Virus record (IMG/VR): IMGVR_UViG_3300032221_000192 | Span: 1 to 31,125 of that record | Length of the DNA: 31,125 nt | Source of the DNA: a virus | Taxonomy: Duplodnaviria > Caudoviricetes | Strand: one strand, 5' to 3' | Shown: positions 9,286 through 19,108 of the stretch, one piece after another | How the letters are laid out: each line of letters starts with the position of its first letter | Numbering within the stretch: the first letter of the stretch is position 1 | The notes under the pieces: model-generated | What the model saw: the letters and a program-made list of their open reading frames with translations, nothing else | Database searches by the model: none | Told to the model about the DNA's origin: nothing | Made by a program: the position numbers and the translations under genes

Positions 9286-10131
9286 ATGTCTAAAATTGTT
9301 TCAGCAGATTATAATAATGTACGAAATTCTATGTTGGCCCTTTTAGGCACCGGAAGCGGAGATCAAGGGTATGGCCAAAGTCCAATTTCGTCAGCAGTTA
9401 GTGCCTCTACTAAAGTTAGAGAAGTTCAATGGGATCAGCTAAGACAAGATATACAAAGAATTGCAGATCATCAAGGAACGGCAGTTGCACTAACAGATGT
9501 AACCACAACGACAAAAATTAGATCTACGATAGCAACACAATATCAAAATGCAATTACAAATAGTTTAGTACCTAATAGATTTAATCTAGCAGCAGGGCAA
9601 TTTTCTGATGAATCTCTTACTAGTTCTTCAAGATCAACAGCGTGGAACACAACAATTGTTCATGAATTTAATATTAATTTTGGATCTCTAAATAATGCTA
9701 GGTTCTTTTTTAATGCTGGCGGCTCAATAAGAATTAGACCTTCATTCACAAAATCCGGTGCTACTACTATTAATAACGATTGGGAAACTTTAATAGCAGG
9801 TGTTGGTTGGCTTAGTTTAACTCATACAACATTTACAAGTTCGAGTATTGGGTATTACGACCTTACAACCTCTTCACAGCAAGTGTATACTAGAACCGGC
9901 GGAAGTCAAAATGCAACATATGCTGTAAACGATTATACCATTTTAGTTAGTAGAAATGCAGCAGGAAGTGTAGTTAATTTTAGATGCGAATTTAAAGATG
10001 ATAAGGGAGCAAATCCTAATTTCGACGAAACAGTTACAGGAACAGTTACTAATGAAGCTAGAATGTATAGGCCGTCTGGATCAAATGTTAACGTAACTGC
10101 ACCCTCTGCTGCGACAACTACAAACTTATAA
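9286..10131 (+). CDS. Putative virion structural protein (paralogue of 8233..9228)
   Basis: Motifs RFNLAAGQFSDE, ARFFFNAGG, SSIGYYDLT and YAVNDYT are collinear with the upstream ORF. Confidence 0.55.
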   Translation: MSKIVSADYNNVRNSMLALLGTGSGDQGYGQSPISSAVSASTKVREVQWDQLRQDIQRIADHQGTAVALTDVTTTTKIRSTIATQYQNAITNSLVPNRFNLAAGQFSDESLTSSSRSTAWNTTIVHEFNINFGSLNNARFFFNAGGSIRIRPSFTKSGATTINNDWETLIAGVGWLSLTHTTFTSSSIGYYDLTTSSQQVYTRTGGSQNATYAVNDYTILVSRNAAGSVVNFRCEFKDDKGANPNFDETVTGTVTNEARMYRPSGSNVNVTAPSAATTTNL

Positions 10132-10142
10132 AAGGAAGTATT

Positions 10143-10502
10143 ATGGACGATAGACTTAAAAAAGCATTAGATGTCGCCAATCTAATGGTTACTTTTGGAA
10201 CACAACGGGATCTTCTTAAACAAGAATTTAAGGAAGATTGTTTATATCATGAAAAAGGACATCGATTTACAGTTAATAGAGAATTAATTAACTTTTTGTC
10301 TACGTTAGTAACTTTAGGACATTTAGAAGATATTGTTATTCTAGATGACTTTGAAAATCCTTTTATGATTGAAGATGTTAAAGGATTTCTTGACAAGATT
10401 TTTACACTATACATAGAAGCAACTAATAGCTATTACCACAAATATATTGATTTAAAATCTAAGAGATCGATTGCAAGAGTAATGGATATTGATAATGAGT
10501 AA
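10143..10502 (+). CDS. Hypothetical protein (small, helical; possibly a tail assembly factor)
   Basis: 119 aa with RBS AAGGA; overlaps the next gene. The function is suggested only by position. Confidence 0.55.
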   Translation: MDDRLKKALDVANLMVTFGTQRDLLKQEFKEDCLYHEKGHRFTVNRELINFLSTLVTLGHLEDIVILDDFENPFMIEDVKGFLDKIFTLYIEATNSYYHKYIDLKSKRSIARVMDIDNE

Positions 10503-11376
10503 AGGTGTTTTATTTTTTGCACATAACAATAATCAAATTGATTATGGCAAAATGGCATATATTTCTGCACATTATGCAAAAAAGAATTTAAATGTTCCTG
10601 TTAGTTTGGTTACAGATTCTGGTACTAAAAAATATATGATAGAACGTGATAAAATTGATCTTGATAGTATATTTGATCAAATAATTCTTTCTGACGAAAT
10701 AAAATTAGATTTAATGCAACCGAGAAGGTACTATGATGGATCACTAGAATTTAAAAAATCTGAGTTTAAAAATGGACATCGATCTTGGGCATATCAATTT
10801 TCTCCTTATGATCAAACTTTAGTTGTTGATGTTGATTTGCTTATTGTAAATGATAGACTCAATAATGTATGGGAATCAGATAGCGATTTTATGATAAACA
10901 AATACTCACATGACTTAGCTCGTGATAGAGATTTATTTGAATTTACAAAAGTTAGTGATCATGGAATTGATTTCTTTTGGGCTACCGCATTTTATTTTAA
11001 AAAGACTCCGTGGACAGAAGCATTTTTTAGTCTCTGTCAGCACATAGTAGAAAATTATGAATACTATAGATTTTGTTATAGAATAGATAATCCTTTGATG
11101 CGTAACGATTATGTTTTTAGTATAGCAATACACATGATGGGTGGATTTACAAATAAAATTAATCCTCCTTCTTTACCGTGTGAGATATATTATTCGCTAG
11201 ATAGAGACGAATTAATAAGAATAGATAATGATAAAACCTTTTTATTCCTTATACAAAAGAAAGGATATTTAGGAGAATATACATTGGCAAGAACGTCGAA
11301 TCAAAATATTCATATCATGAATAAGTTTAGTATTAATAGGAATGAAAAAGAGCTTCTAGATGCAATCAACAACTAA
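10495..11376 (+). CDS. GT-A fold nucleotide-diphospho-sugar transferase (GT8/mannosyltransferase-like)
   Basis: N-terminal KGVLFFAHNN strand, PVSLVTD, SPYDQTLVVDVD (DxD) and a late H (NIHIMNK). ATG 10495 is preferred to TTG 10489 because TGGA lies 8 nt upstream. Confidence 0.7.
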   Translation: MSKGVLFFAHNNNQIDYGKMAYISAHYAKKNLNVPVSLVTDSGTKKYMIERDKIDLDSIFDQIILSDEIKLDLMQPRRYYDGSLEFKKSEFKNGHRSWAYQFSPYDQTLVVDVDLLIVNDRLNNVWESDSDFMINKYSHDLARDRDLFEFTKVSDHGIDFFWATAFYFKKTPWTEAFFSLCQHIVENYEYYRFCYRIDNPLMRNDYVFSIAIHMMGGFTNKINPPSLPCEIYYSLDRDELIRIDNDKTFLFLIQKKGYLGEYTLARTSNQNIHIMNKFSINRNEKELLDAINN

Positions 11377-12226
11377 AGGATATTTAATTTTAGCACAGAA
11401 TAATTCTTCAGATGATTATGTAAGAATGGCGTATGTATGTGCTATGTCTATAAAATTAACACAATCAAGAATTAAAGATGTAACTCTTATTACAGATGTT
11501 CCAGATGCAGTACCGGAACATTATCGTAAAGTTTTTGATAAAATTTTGCCAATAAAGTGGTTTGATGATGCTTTAGAATCGGATTGGAAAATTGAAAATA
11601 GGTGGAAATTATATCATATGACTCCATATGATGAAACTGTTATATTAGATGCAGATATGATTTTTTTATCCGATGTAAGTCATTGGTGGGACTTTATGGA
11701 AAAAAATTATGAATTGTTGATTACAGATAAGGTTTTTACTTATAGAAATGAATTAATTACAGATTCTTATTATAGAAAAGCTTTTAAAGATAATAATTTA
11801 CCTAATTGTTATAGTGCATTTACTTATTTTAAAAAATGTGATTTATCTGAACATTTTTGGAAACTAGTAGAAATAATTGTAAAGAATTGGAAAGAATTTT
11901 ATTCAAAATATGTTCCAGAATCTAAGCCTAAAAGTCTTAGTATAGATGTTGCATTTGCATTAGCGATAAAGATTTTAGGAATTGAGGATCAAGTATTTTC
12001 TACATTTGATTACCCAACCTTTACTCATATGAAGAGTAGAGACCAAAAATGGCAGACCTATTCAGATGATTGGACAGATCATGCAGGAGTTTACATGAAT
12101 GATAAGTGTCAATTGAAGATAGGTAACTATCAGCAATCTGGTATATTTCATTATACAGAAAAGAAATTTTTAAATGATGATAAAACACTAAAATATGAAT
12201 TATTATTTGGAATTTACAATGACTAA
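11360..12226 (+). CDS. GT-A fold nucleotide-diphospho-sugar transferase, paralogue of the preceding gene
   Basis: KGYLILAQN, VTLITD, TPYDETVILDAD (DxD), FTHMK and IFHYTEK. Confidence 0.7.
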   Translation: MQSTTKGYLILAQNNSSDDYVRMAYVCAMSIKLTQSRIKDVTLITDVPDAVPEHYRKVFDKILPIKWFDDALESDWKIENRWKLYHMTPYDETVILDADMIFLSDVSHWWDFMEKNYELLITDKVFTYRNELITDSYYRKAFKDNNLPNCYSAFTYFKKCDLSEHFWKLVEIIVKNWKEFYSKYVPESKPKSLSIDVAFALAIKILGIEDQVFSTFDYPTFTHMKSRDQKWQTYSDDWTDHAGVYMNDKCQLKIGNYQQSGIFHYTEKKFLNDDKTLKYELLFGIYND

Positions 12227-12872
12227 AATTAATCCTGAAGAAATATGGGAAACTCTTAAAAAGCAAGATGAAGAAATAGAAAGACGTCGCACAGAAAAAC
12301 CGACCTTTTACATACATTATGATACGGCAACTAGAAAAGTTTTAAGTTTTAGAAATTATCTCGAAAAATCAGATAATAATCCTCATGTAATTGTTACAGA
12401 AGAAGATCTGGATGTACCTCTTTCTGAATTTTGTGTAGATAATCAAGTAGTTCTTTTTAAGGATAATAAATTAAAAATAGAAAAAATTGAGTCATTAATT
12501 TCTAATATTACTAAAATTGATGATTTTATATATGAAATTCCAAAAATAATAAGCGAAAAAAGATTAACATATGCAGATAGAACATTTGATTTGATGATAG
12601 AACAGAACAATGAAGAAAAGGTTTTCAAGATAAAATTAGCAAAGCCAGTAAGAGAAAAATATTCTTTACATTCGTATAATGATCAATTAATGTATATATA
12701 TGTAACAGCAGTTAATGATCCAAACATTCTTTATAAAACCCTAAAGTTTACATTTGGAGATTTAGTAAAACATGAGTATCATACGTTAGATTTTGAGGAC
12801 TTTCAAGGAGAGGAATCTAATATCTATTCTTTTAGGTACTTTGATGATTATTTACATGTGGATATAAGATGA
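12219..12872 (+). CDS. Hypothetical protein
   Basis: Long ORF coupled on both sides. ATG 12219 has GGA upstream (the ORF track starts at 12195). No recognisable motif. Confidence 0.6.
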   Translation: MTKINPEEIWETLKKQDEEIERRRTEKPTFYIHYDTATRKVLSFRNYLEKSDNNPHVIVTEEDLDVPLSEFCVDNQVVLFKDNKLKIEKIESLISNITKIDDFIYEIPKIISEKRLTYADRTFDLMIEQNNEEKVFKIKLAKPVREKYSLHSYNDQLMYIYVTAVNDPNILYKTLKFTFGDLVKHEYHTLDFEDFQGEESNIYSFRYFDDYLHVDIR

Positions 12873-13765
12873 CAAACAAAGTAATACTACATGAACTTGA
12901 TACAATTTTTATTAGTTATGATGAGCCTAATGCAGATAAACATTATGCAGAACTTACAAATATCTTACCATGGGCTAAAAGAGTCCACGGAGTTCATGGT
13001 AGTGATGCTGCTCATAAAGCCGCAGCTAATCTAAGTGAAACTGATAGATTCATAACAATTGATGCTGACAATATTGTTGATCCAAAATTTTATTCTCAAG
13101 AAATAGAAATAGATGATAAAAATAAAGATTTTGTTTTTTCTTGGGCCGGAAAGAATGCTGTTAACGGCTTAATATACGGTAACGGCGGAATTAAATGCTG
13201 GACTAAAGATTTTGTTCTTAATATGAAAACTCATGAAAATTCTGATCCTGATGATCCTGAAAGTGTAGTAGAGTTTTGTTTTGATCATAGATATTATCAG
13301 ATGAATGATCATTATTCAACAAGTTATATTAATGGTTCACCTTTTCAAGCCTGGAGAGCAGGATTTAGAGAAGGCGTAAAGATGAGTCTCGATAGAGGAT
13401 CAAAGGCTAAAGATATTAAACAAGTATGGTGGCAAAACTATCATAGACTCCTTATCTGGATGACAGTTGGTGCAGATGTTAAAAACGGCAAATGGGCAAT
13501 TTATGGATCTCGTTTAGGATGTTATAAAACAAATTGTACAGACTGGGATTATATAAATGTTCGTGACTTTGAGTATCTTACAAATTATTTCAAAGAAGAA
13601 ATCGAACCTAAAATAAATGAAGATAATATAGATGAACAAATTTCTAATTTAGGAAATAGTCTTAGATACGAATTAGATATTGAAGTAGCAGAACTTGATG
13701 CTAATCAATCAAAATTTTTTAAGAAAGTATATTTAAATTCTCCAAGAGTTATTGGGAGAAAATAA
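12869..13765 (+). CDS. GT-A (GT2-like) glycosyltransferase-like protein
   Basis: DTIFISYDEPNA, RVHGVHGSDAAHKAAA, FITIDADN (DxD), YGNGGIK and AWRAGFREGVKM. It is homologous to the C-terminal domain of 19109..20914. Confidence 0.65.
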   Translation: MTNKVILHELDTIFISYDEPNADKHYAELTNILPWAKRVHGVHGSDAAHKAAANLSETDRFITIDADNIVDPKFYSQEIEIDDKNKDFVFSWAGKNAVNGLIYGNGGIKCWTKDFVLNMKTHENSDPDDPESVVEFCFDHRYYQMNDHYSTSYINGSPFQAWRAGFREGVKMSLDRGSKAKDIKQVWWQNYHRLLIWMTVGADVKNGKWAIYGSRLGCYKTNCTDWDYINVRDFEYLTNYFKEEIEPKINEDNIDEQISNLGNSLRYELDIEVAELDANQSKFFKKVYLNSPRVIGRK

Positions 13766-15190
13766 TTGACAGAATTTGGAAACAAAGGAGATAAGAATAG
13801 ACAGGTAAACGGTAAGTATGAATCTGTTTACTTAAATGATTCTGAAACTATTTTTAAAGAATTAAATCAAGTTAGCTCTAGTTTTTGTTTAGCTAAATGG
13901 TTTAATGTTAGTATTCACATACCTACAGGTAGAACTCATAGTTGTTATCATCCCCCTACACATCAAATACCCTTACATGAAGTAGAAGTAGATCCTTCTG
14001 CACTTCATAATACAGAATACAAGAAGCAGCAACGTAAAATGATGCTTGAAGGTAAACGACCTCCGGAGTGTAGTTTTTGCTGGCAAATTGAAGATAGTGG
14101 AGCTCAATTAAGTGACAGAGCTTATCGCAGTAAAGATGTATATAGCGAGGGAATTATAGAAGAAGCAAAATTACTTGGATTTGAAGGTAATGCTAAACCG
14201 AGATATGTTGAAGTAAACTTTAACCAAGCATGTAATTTCCGCTGTTCTTATTGTTCACCTCATTTGTCGACTGCATGGTATAAAGACATCGAAGACAATG
14301 GCCCTTTTATACTAGAAGACAGATGGCATAATGATTTGTCTTGGCTCAAGCAAAAAAATATGGTTCCTAACAACGGTCCAGACAATCCTTACCTTATTGC
14401 TTTTTGGAAATGGTTCCCAACAATATATTCCACATTGCAAACATTTCGCATGACCGGCGGCGAACCTCTAATGGATAAAAACACCTTTAAGATATTTGAT
14501 TATGTAAAAGAAAATCCTAGTCAAAAATTACATTTAAGTATTACTAGCAATTGTTGCCCCCCGGGAAATCAGTGGGACAAATTTATGAACTCACTAAAAG
14601 AAATAACTGATAAAGATGCTATAGAACATTTTATGTTATTTTGCAGTTTAGACAGTTGGGGAAAACAAGCTGAATATATTCGTAACGGTATGGATTTTGA
14701 TTTATTATATAAGAACGTAACTAATTATCTACAGAATAGTAGTAAGCATAGTCTTACATTTATTGTAACTTTCAATGCTTTAAGTTATACTGGATGGAAT
14801 AATTATATTCGTGCTATACTTGATTTAAGAAAGAAGTTTAATACAGATAGACAATTAATATGGTTTGATATTCCGCAACTAACTGATCCGGAATTTTTAA
14901 ATCCTAAATTGCTACCTGAGCTTGTTTCTGAATTAGATAAATCGATAGAATTTATGCGTGAGAATATGGAAACAAAGGAAACACATTTTAAAGGATTTAA
15001 AGATTTTGAAATTAGCAAAGTTCAGCGGTTGAAGGACTGGATTTTATCTGAGCATTTTTATAATAGAGAATTAGCAATGAAAAATTTCTATCTTTATTTT
15101 AGTGAAACAGATAAACGTAGAAATACAAACTTTGTAGAGATATTTCCGGAATTAGAAAAATTTTGGAAAAAGTGTGAGAAGTTGAAATGA
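13766..15190 (+). CDS. Radical SAM protein with N-terminal twitch/SPASM-like Cys module
   Basis: CNFRCSYC (CxxxCxxC) and TGGEP, with N-terminal CLAKW...SCYH...CSFCW. The TTG start has GGGAG 7 nt upstream. Confidence 0.85.
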   Translation: MTEFGNKGDKNRQVNGKYESVYLNDSETIFKELNQVSSSFCLAKWFNVSIHIPTGRTHSCYHPPTHQIPLHEVEVDPSALHNTEYKKQQRKMMLEGKRPPECSFCWQIEDSGAQLSDRAYRSKDVYSEGIIEEAKLLGFEGNAKPRYVEVNFNQACNFRCSYCSPHLSTAWYKDIEDNGPFILEDRWHNDLSWLKQKNMVPNNGPDNPYLIAFWKWFPTIYSTLQTFRMTGGEPLMDKNTFKIFDYVKENPSQKLHLSITSNCCPPGNQWDKFMNSLKEITDKDAIEHFMLFCSLDSWGKQAEYIRNGMDFDLLYKNVTNYLQNSSKHSLTFIVTFNALSYTGWNNYIRAILDLRKKFNTDRQLIWFDIPQLTDPEFLNPKLLPELVSELDKSIEFMRENMETKETHFKGFKDFEISKVQRLKDWILSEHFYNRELAMKNFYLYFSETDKRRNTNFVEIFPELEKFWKKCEKLK

Positions 15191-16566
15191 GTGATGATCA
15201 GTATAAAAAACCAGACGAAACGTTTCAAGAATATAAGAAACGTGTTCTAGATAAACTTAGTCCTACAATTTGTGGAGCTAAATTTTATGATGCAACTTTA
15301 TGGTTAGCTTCTGGTCAAACTGCATCATGTCATCATACCCAGTCTAGCAAGTCCTCACCTGAAGAAGTTAAAAAAAATTATAAACTATTGCATAATACTA
15401 AAGAAAAGAAAAAAGACAGATTGTTAATGCAAAATGGTAAAAGACCAAAGGGTTGCGAGTATTGCTGGAAGATTGAAGACTTAAAAGACAATAGTTTAAT
15501 AAGCGATAGAGTTATAAAAAGTAATGTTTCTTCTAAAGATGATCTTATTAAGGCTAAAAAATCATCGTATAAGAAAAACTTTAATCTAACTACTATAGAA
15601 TTGTCGTTTGATAAGACATGTCAATTTGCTTGTAGTTATTGTTCAAAAAATCATTCTACTACATGGGTTAAAGATCTTAAGAAAAATGGGCCTTATCTTA
15701 ATTTAACAACTTCCGGATCTGGACTTTATACATCAGACTATGAGTGGGATTATGATTCTAAAGAAACTAATCCATATATAGAGGCATTCTTTAAATGGTG
15801 GAAGGCAGATCTGCATAAAACTGTTAAATTTTTAAGAATTACAGGCGGTGAACCTTTTATGAGTAAAAATACCTGGAAATTTCTTAATCGTTTAAAAGAA
15901 AATAGCTGTAACTTAACTATAGGTATTAATACTAACTTAGGATTTGATAGAGATGTAATAGATAAATTTCTTTCGTATGTAGACAATAACTCTTTCATAA
16001 TATATACAAGTAACGAGGCATATAGTCTTCGGGCAGAATATATTCGTGACGGAATGAATTATTGTCAATGGTTAGATAATGTGGAGTATCTATTAGAATC
16101 AAAAAAACTTAGATTAATACTAATATCATCTACAATTAACGCATTATGTCTTGATAGTTTAACTAGATTTTTAGATGATATATTACGACTTAAAAAAACT
16201 TACGGAAAGAATTCTATAAAAATATCTTTAAATATTTTAAGAGTACCTAGTTTCCAAAGCGTTGATGTATTACCGGAAAAATTAAAAAAGATTTATAAAA
16301 CAAATCTAAAAAAATGGAGAGATAGTAAAGTAACAGACGAATGGTTTGATGATGTTGAAATACAACATATTAATAGATTGATTAATTATCTAAGTAATGT
16401 TAATATACCAGATAGGACAGATGTATTTACATGGGTACGTTCTGATGCTGAGAAAGATTTTAAGAACTTTTATCAACAATATGATAAAAGAAGGGGTAAA
16501 GACTTTAATAAAACTTTTAGCAATAAATTAGTAGAATGGTATAATTCAATAGAAGAAAGAAAATAG
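15187..16566 (+). CDS. Radical SAM protein with N-terminal twitch-like module (diverged tandem duplicate of the next gene)
   Basis: CQFACSYC and TGGEP, with N-terminal CGAKF...SCHH...CEYCW. Confidence 0.85.
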   Translation: MSDDQYKKPDETFQEYKKRVLDKLSPTICGAKFYDATLWLASGQTASCHHTQSSKSSPEEVKKNYKLLHNTKEKKKDRLLMQNGKRPKGCEYCWKIEDLKDNSLISDRVIKSNVSSKDDLIKAKKSSYKKNFNLTTIELSFDKTCQFACSYCSKNHSTTWVKDLKKNGPYLNLTTSGSGLYTSDYEWDYDSKETNPYIEAFFKWWKADLHKTVKFLRITGGEPFMSKNTWKFLNRLKENSCNLTIGINTNLGFDRDVIDKFLSYVDNNSFIIYTSNEAYSLRAEYIRDGMNYCQWLDNVEYLLESKKLRLILISSTINALCLDSLTRFLDDILRLKKTYGKNSIKISLNILRVPSFQSVDVLPEKLKKIYKTNLKKWRDSKVTDEWFDDVEIQHINRLINYLSNVNIPDRTDVFTWVRSDAEKDFKNFYQQYDKRRGKDFNKTFSNKLVEWYNSIEERK

Positions 16567-17943
16567 ATGGTTGATCAGTTTAAAAATCCAAGAGAATCTG
16601 ATTTAGAATATAAAAAACGTGTATTAGACAAACTTTCTCCATCTTTTTGTGGAGCCAAGTGGTATAATGCAACTATATGGTTAGGTTCTGGTAGAACAAC
16701 ATCATGCCACCATCCACCGGCACATTTTGTACGTCCAGAAGATGTTAGCAAAAATTATAAACTAATTCATAATAGTCCTCAGAAAAAAGACGATCGTTTA
16801 AAGATGCAATCAGGGCAACGTCCTAAGGGATGCGAGTATTGCTGGAAAATTGAGGATATGCATACTGATAAAGTTAGCGATCGTGCATACAAAAGTATGT
16901 GCTATTCAGACGAAGAACTTCGTACAGCAAAGAATACACCTTATACAGAAGATGTTGATCTTAGAACTTTAGAAATAGCATTTGATAGAACTTGTCAATT
17001 TGCTTGTAGTTACTGTAATCCTGCATTTTCTACTACATGGGTTAAAGATATTAGAACTAATGGATCTTATGAAGGATTAACTACAGATGGTCGTGATCAC
17101 TTTACACATGATCATCCTCATGATCAATTATATGATTTTAAAGAAACTAATCCATATATTGAAGCCTTTTTTAAATGGTGGGAAGCTGATCTACATAAAA
17201 CATTAAGAGAGCTGAGAATTACAGGCGGTGAGCCCTTAATGAGTGGGCATACTTGGAAGTTACTTGATTGGTTTATGAATCATAAAGGAGAAAGCAATAC
17301 TGAATTTGCGATTAATTCTAATCTAGGTTTTGAAAAAGACATGATAGATAGATTGTTAAATTCTTTAGACGGTATTAAATTTACTCTTTATACAAGTAAT
17401 GAGGCAGTTAATACTCAAGCAGAGTATATTAGGGACGGACTCAATTGGGATCAATGGACTTTTAATATGCTTTATCTATTAGAATCTAAGAAATTAGAGA
17501 GACTTAATGTAATGTGTACTATTAATGCATTATGCTTAGATAGTCTTACAGACTTTTTAGATCTTATGCTTTCTTGGAAAACTATCTATGGAAGACAACA
17601 ACTAAGTTTTTCTTTAAATATTATGCGTTTTCCAAGTTTTCAAGGACCATGTGTTCTTCCAGATCATTTAAGAGAAATGTATAAAGATAGATTACAAGAA
17701 TGGTATAATACAAATAAAGATAGTAAATTTTTAGATGAGTTTGAATTGAATCATTTAGATAGACTTATCGATTATTTAGAAAAGGTAAAGATTCCACATG
17801 GCGAAGGATTCGACAGAGGGCTTGCTGAAAAAGACTTTAAGCGTTTTTATCAACAGTATGATAAGAGAAGGGGTAAAAACTTTAGTGAAACTTTTGGTTC
17901 GGAAATAAAGGAATGGTATGACTCAATCTCCTTGGATATGTAG
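16567..17943 (+). CDS. Radical SAM protein with N-terminal twitch-like module
   Basis: CQFACSYC and TGGEP, with N-terminal CGAKW...SCHH...CEYCW. Confidence 0.85.
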   Translation: MVDQFKNPRESDLEYKKRVLDKLSPSFCGAKWYNATIWLGSGRTTSCHHPPAHFVRPEDVSKNYKLIHNSPQKKDDRLKMQSGQRPKGCEYCWKIEDMHTDKVSDRAYKSMCYSDEELRTAKNTPYTEDVDLRTLEIAFDRTCQFACSYCNPAFSTTWVKDIRTNGSYEGLTTDGRDHFTHDHPHDQLYDFKETNPYIEAFFKWWEADLHKTLRELRITGGEPLMSGHTWKLLDWFMNHKGESNTEFAINSNLGFEKDMIDRLLNSLDGIKFTLYTSNEAVNTQAEYIRDGLNWDQWTFNMLYLLESKKLERLNVMCTINALCLDSLTDFLDLMLSWKTIYGRQQLSFSLNIMRFPSFQGPCVLPDHLREMYKDRLQEWYNTNKDSKFLDEFELNHLDRLIDYLEKVKIPHGEGFDRGLAEKDFKRFYQQYDKRRGKNFSETFGSEIKEWYDSISLDM

Positions 17944-19105
17944 TTTACCGTGGACAGGTTTTTCTAACGATCCTGATGGTAAAGTTCGTCCTTGCTGTTT
18001 ATATAGAAGTTATATAACACAGGAAAACGGCGAACCATACTATGTTCAAACAACATCTGTTAAAGAAATATTTGATAGTAAATTTATGAAAGATTTACGT
18101 CAAGAATTTCGTGATGGGAAAAAACCGAAAGGTTGCGAAGTTTGTATCAAAGATGAACTAAATCAATATCGCAGTAAACGTCAAACTTATTTAGATAGCG
18201 AAATCGGTAAAAATGTTAACTATGATTTAGAACCAGAATTACCCGTAGAATATCAAATGATTCTCAGTAATGCTTGTAATTTAAAATGTCGTAGTTGTTC
18301 ACCTAGTCATAGTAATCTTTGGCAAGCGGAATGGAAACAACTTACAGGTGATACACATTATCTAATGCCACACGGACAAAGCGGAGATAAAGAATCTGCT
18401 CTTTGGAAAGACAGACATGAATGGATGCAATTTGTTAAAAGGTTGGAAATTGTAGGAGGTGAACCTTTTTATATTAAACAGTGGCAAGATCTGTGGAAAG
18501 AATTAATAGAACAAGATTTGAGTAAAGATATTTTAGTAGATATGAGTTCAAACGGAACAATCTATGCGGGAGAAATTATTGATTATCTTTGTAATCATTT
18601 TAAATGGATCGGTGTAGGGTTAAGCATAGATGGGATAGGCAAAACTTATGAATACTTAAGACATCCCGGTAAATGGGAGTCAGTTTCGCAAAATATTATA
18701 AAATATCATGATTATTATAAGAATTCAAAAAGATTGTCAATGACATTTAGTCACACTATTGGTTGGGTTAATGCATGGGAACTTCCTGAGTTTCATACAT
18801 GGGTCCATACAAATACTCATAATTTTAGAATATGGAACAATATTATTCATAGACCCAGACACATGAGTTTAATCATGTTGCCTAAACAAGCCAAGGATAT
18901 TATTTCTAATAAATGGGATTCGTATAACTGGAAAAATTATAAAGTAGATATTGACGGGATTAAAAATTTTATGTATAGTGAGAATCCTACTGACGAAGAA
19001 ATTCGTAATGAATATAAATCGTTTATTCATCACGATAAAATTAGGAATGAAAATATAATAGAGATAATACCTAAAGAACTTCAGTTTTTAGAAAAGTATT
19101 TTTAA
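17918..19105 (+). CDS. Radical SAM protein with N-terminal SPASM/twitch module
   Basis: N-terminal CSLPW...DGKVRPCC...CEVC, then CNLKCRSC, VGGEPF and LSIDG. Confidence 0.85.
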   Translation: MTQSPWICSLPWTGFSNDPDGKVRPCCLYRSYITQENGEPYYVQTTSVKEIFDSKFMKDLRQEFRDGKKPKGCEVCIKDELNQYRSKRQTYLDSEIGKNVNYDLEPELPVEYQMILSNACNLKCRSCSPSHSNLWQAEWKQLTGDTHYLMPHGQSGDKESALWKDRHEWMQFVKRLEIVGGEPFYIKQWQDLWKELIEQDLSKDILVDMSSNGTIYAGEIIDYLCNHFKWIGVGLSIDGIGKTYEYLRHPGKWESVSQNIIKYHDYYKNSKRLSMTFSHTIGWVNAWELPEFHTWVHTNTHNFRIWNNIIHRPRHMSLIMLPKQAKDIISNKWDSYNWKNYKVDIDGIKNFMYSENPTDEEIRNEYKSFIHHDKIRNENIIEIIPKELQFLEKYF

Positions 19106-19108
19106 ACG

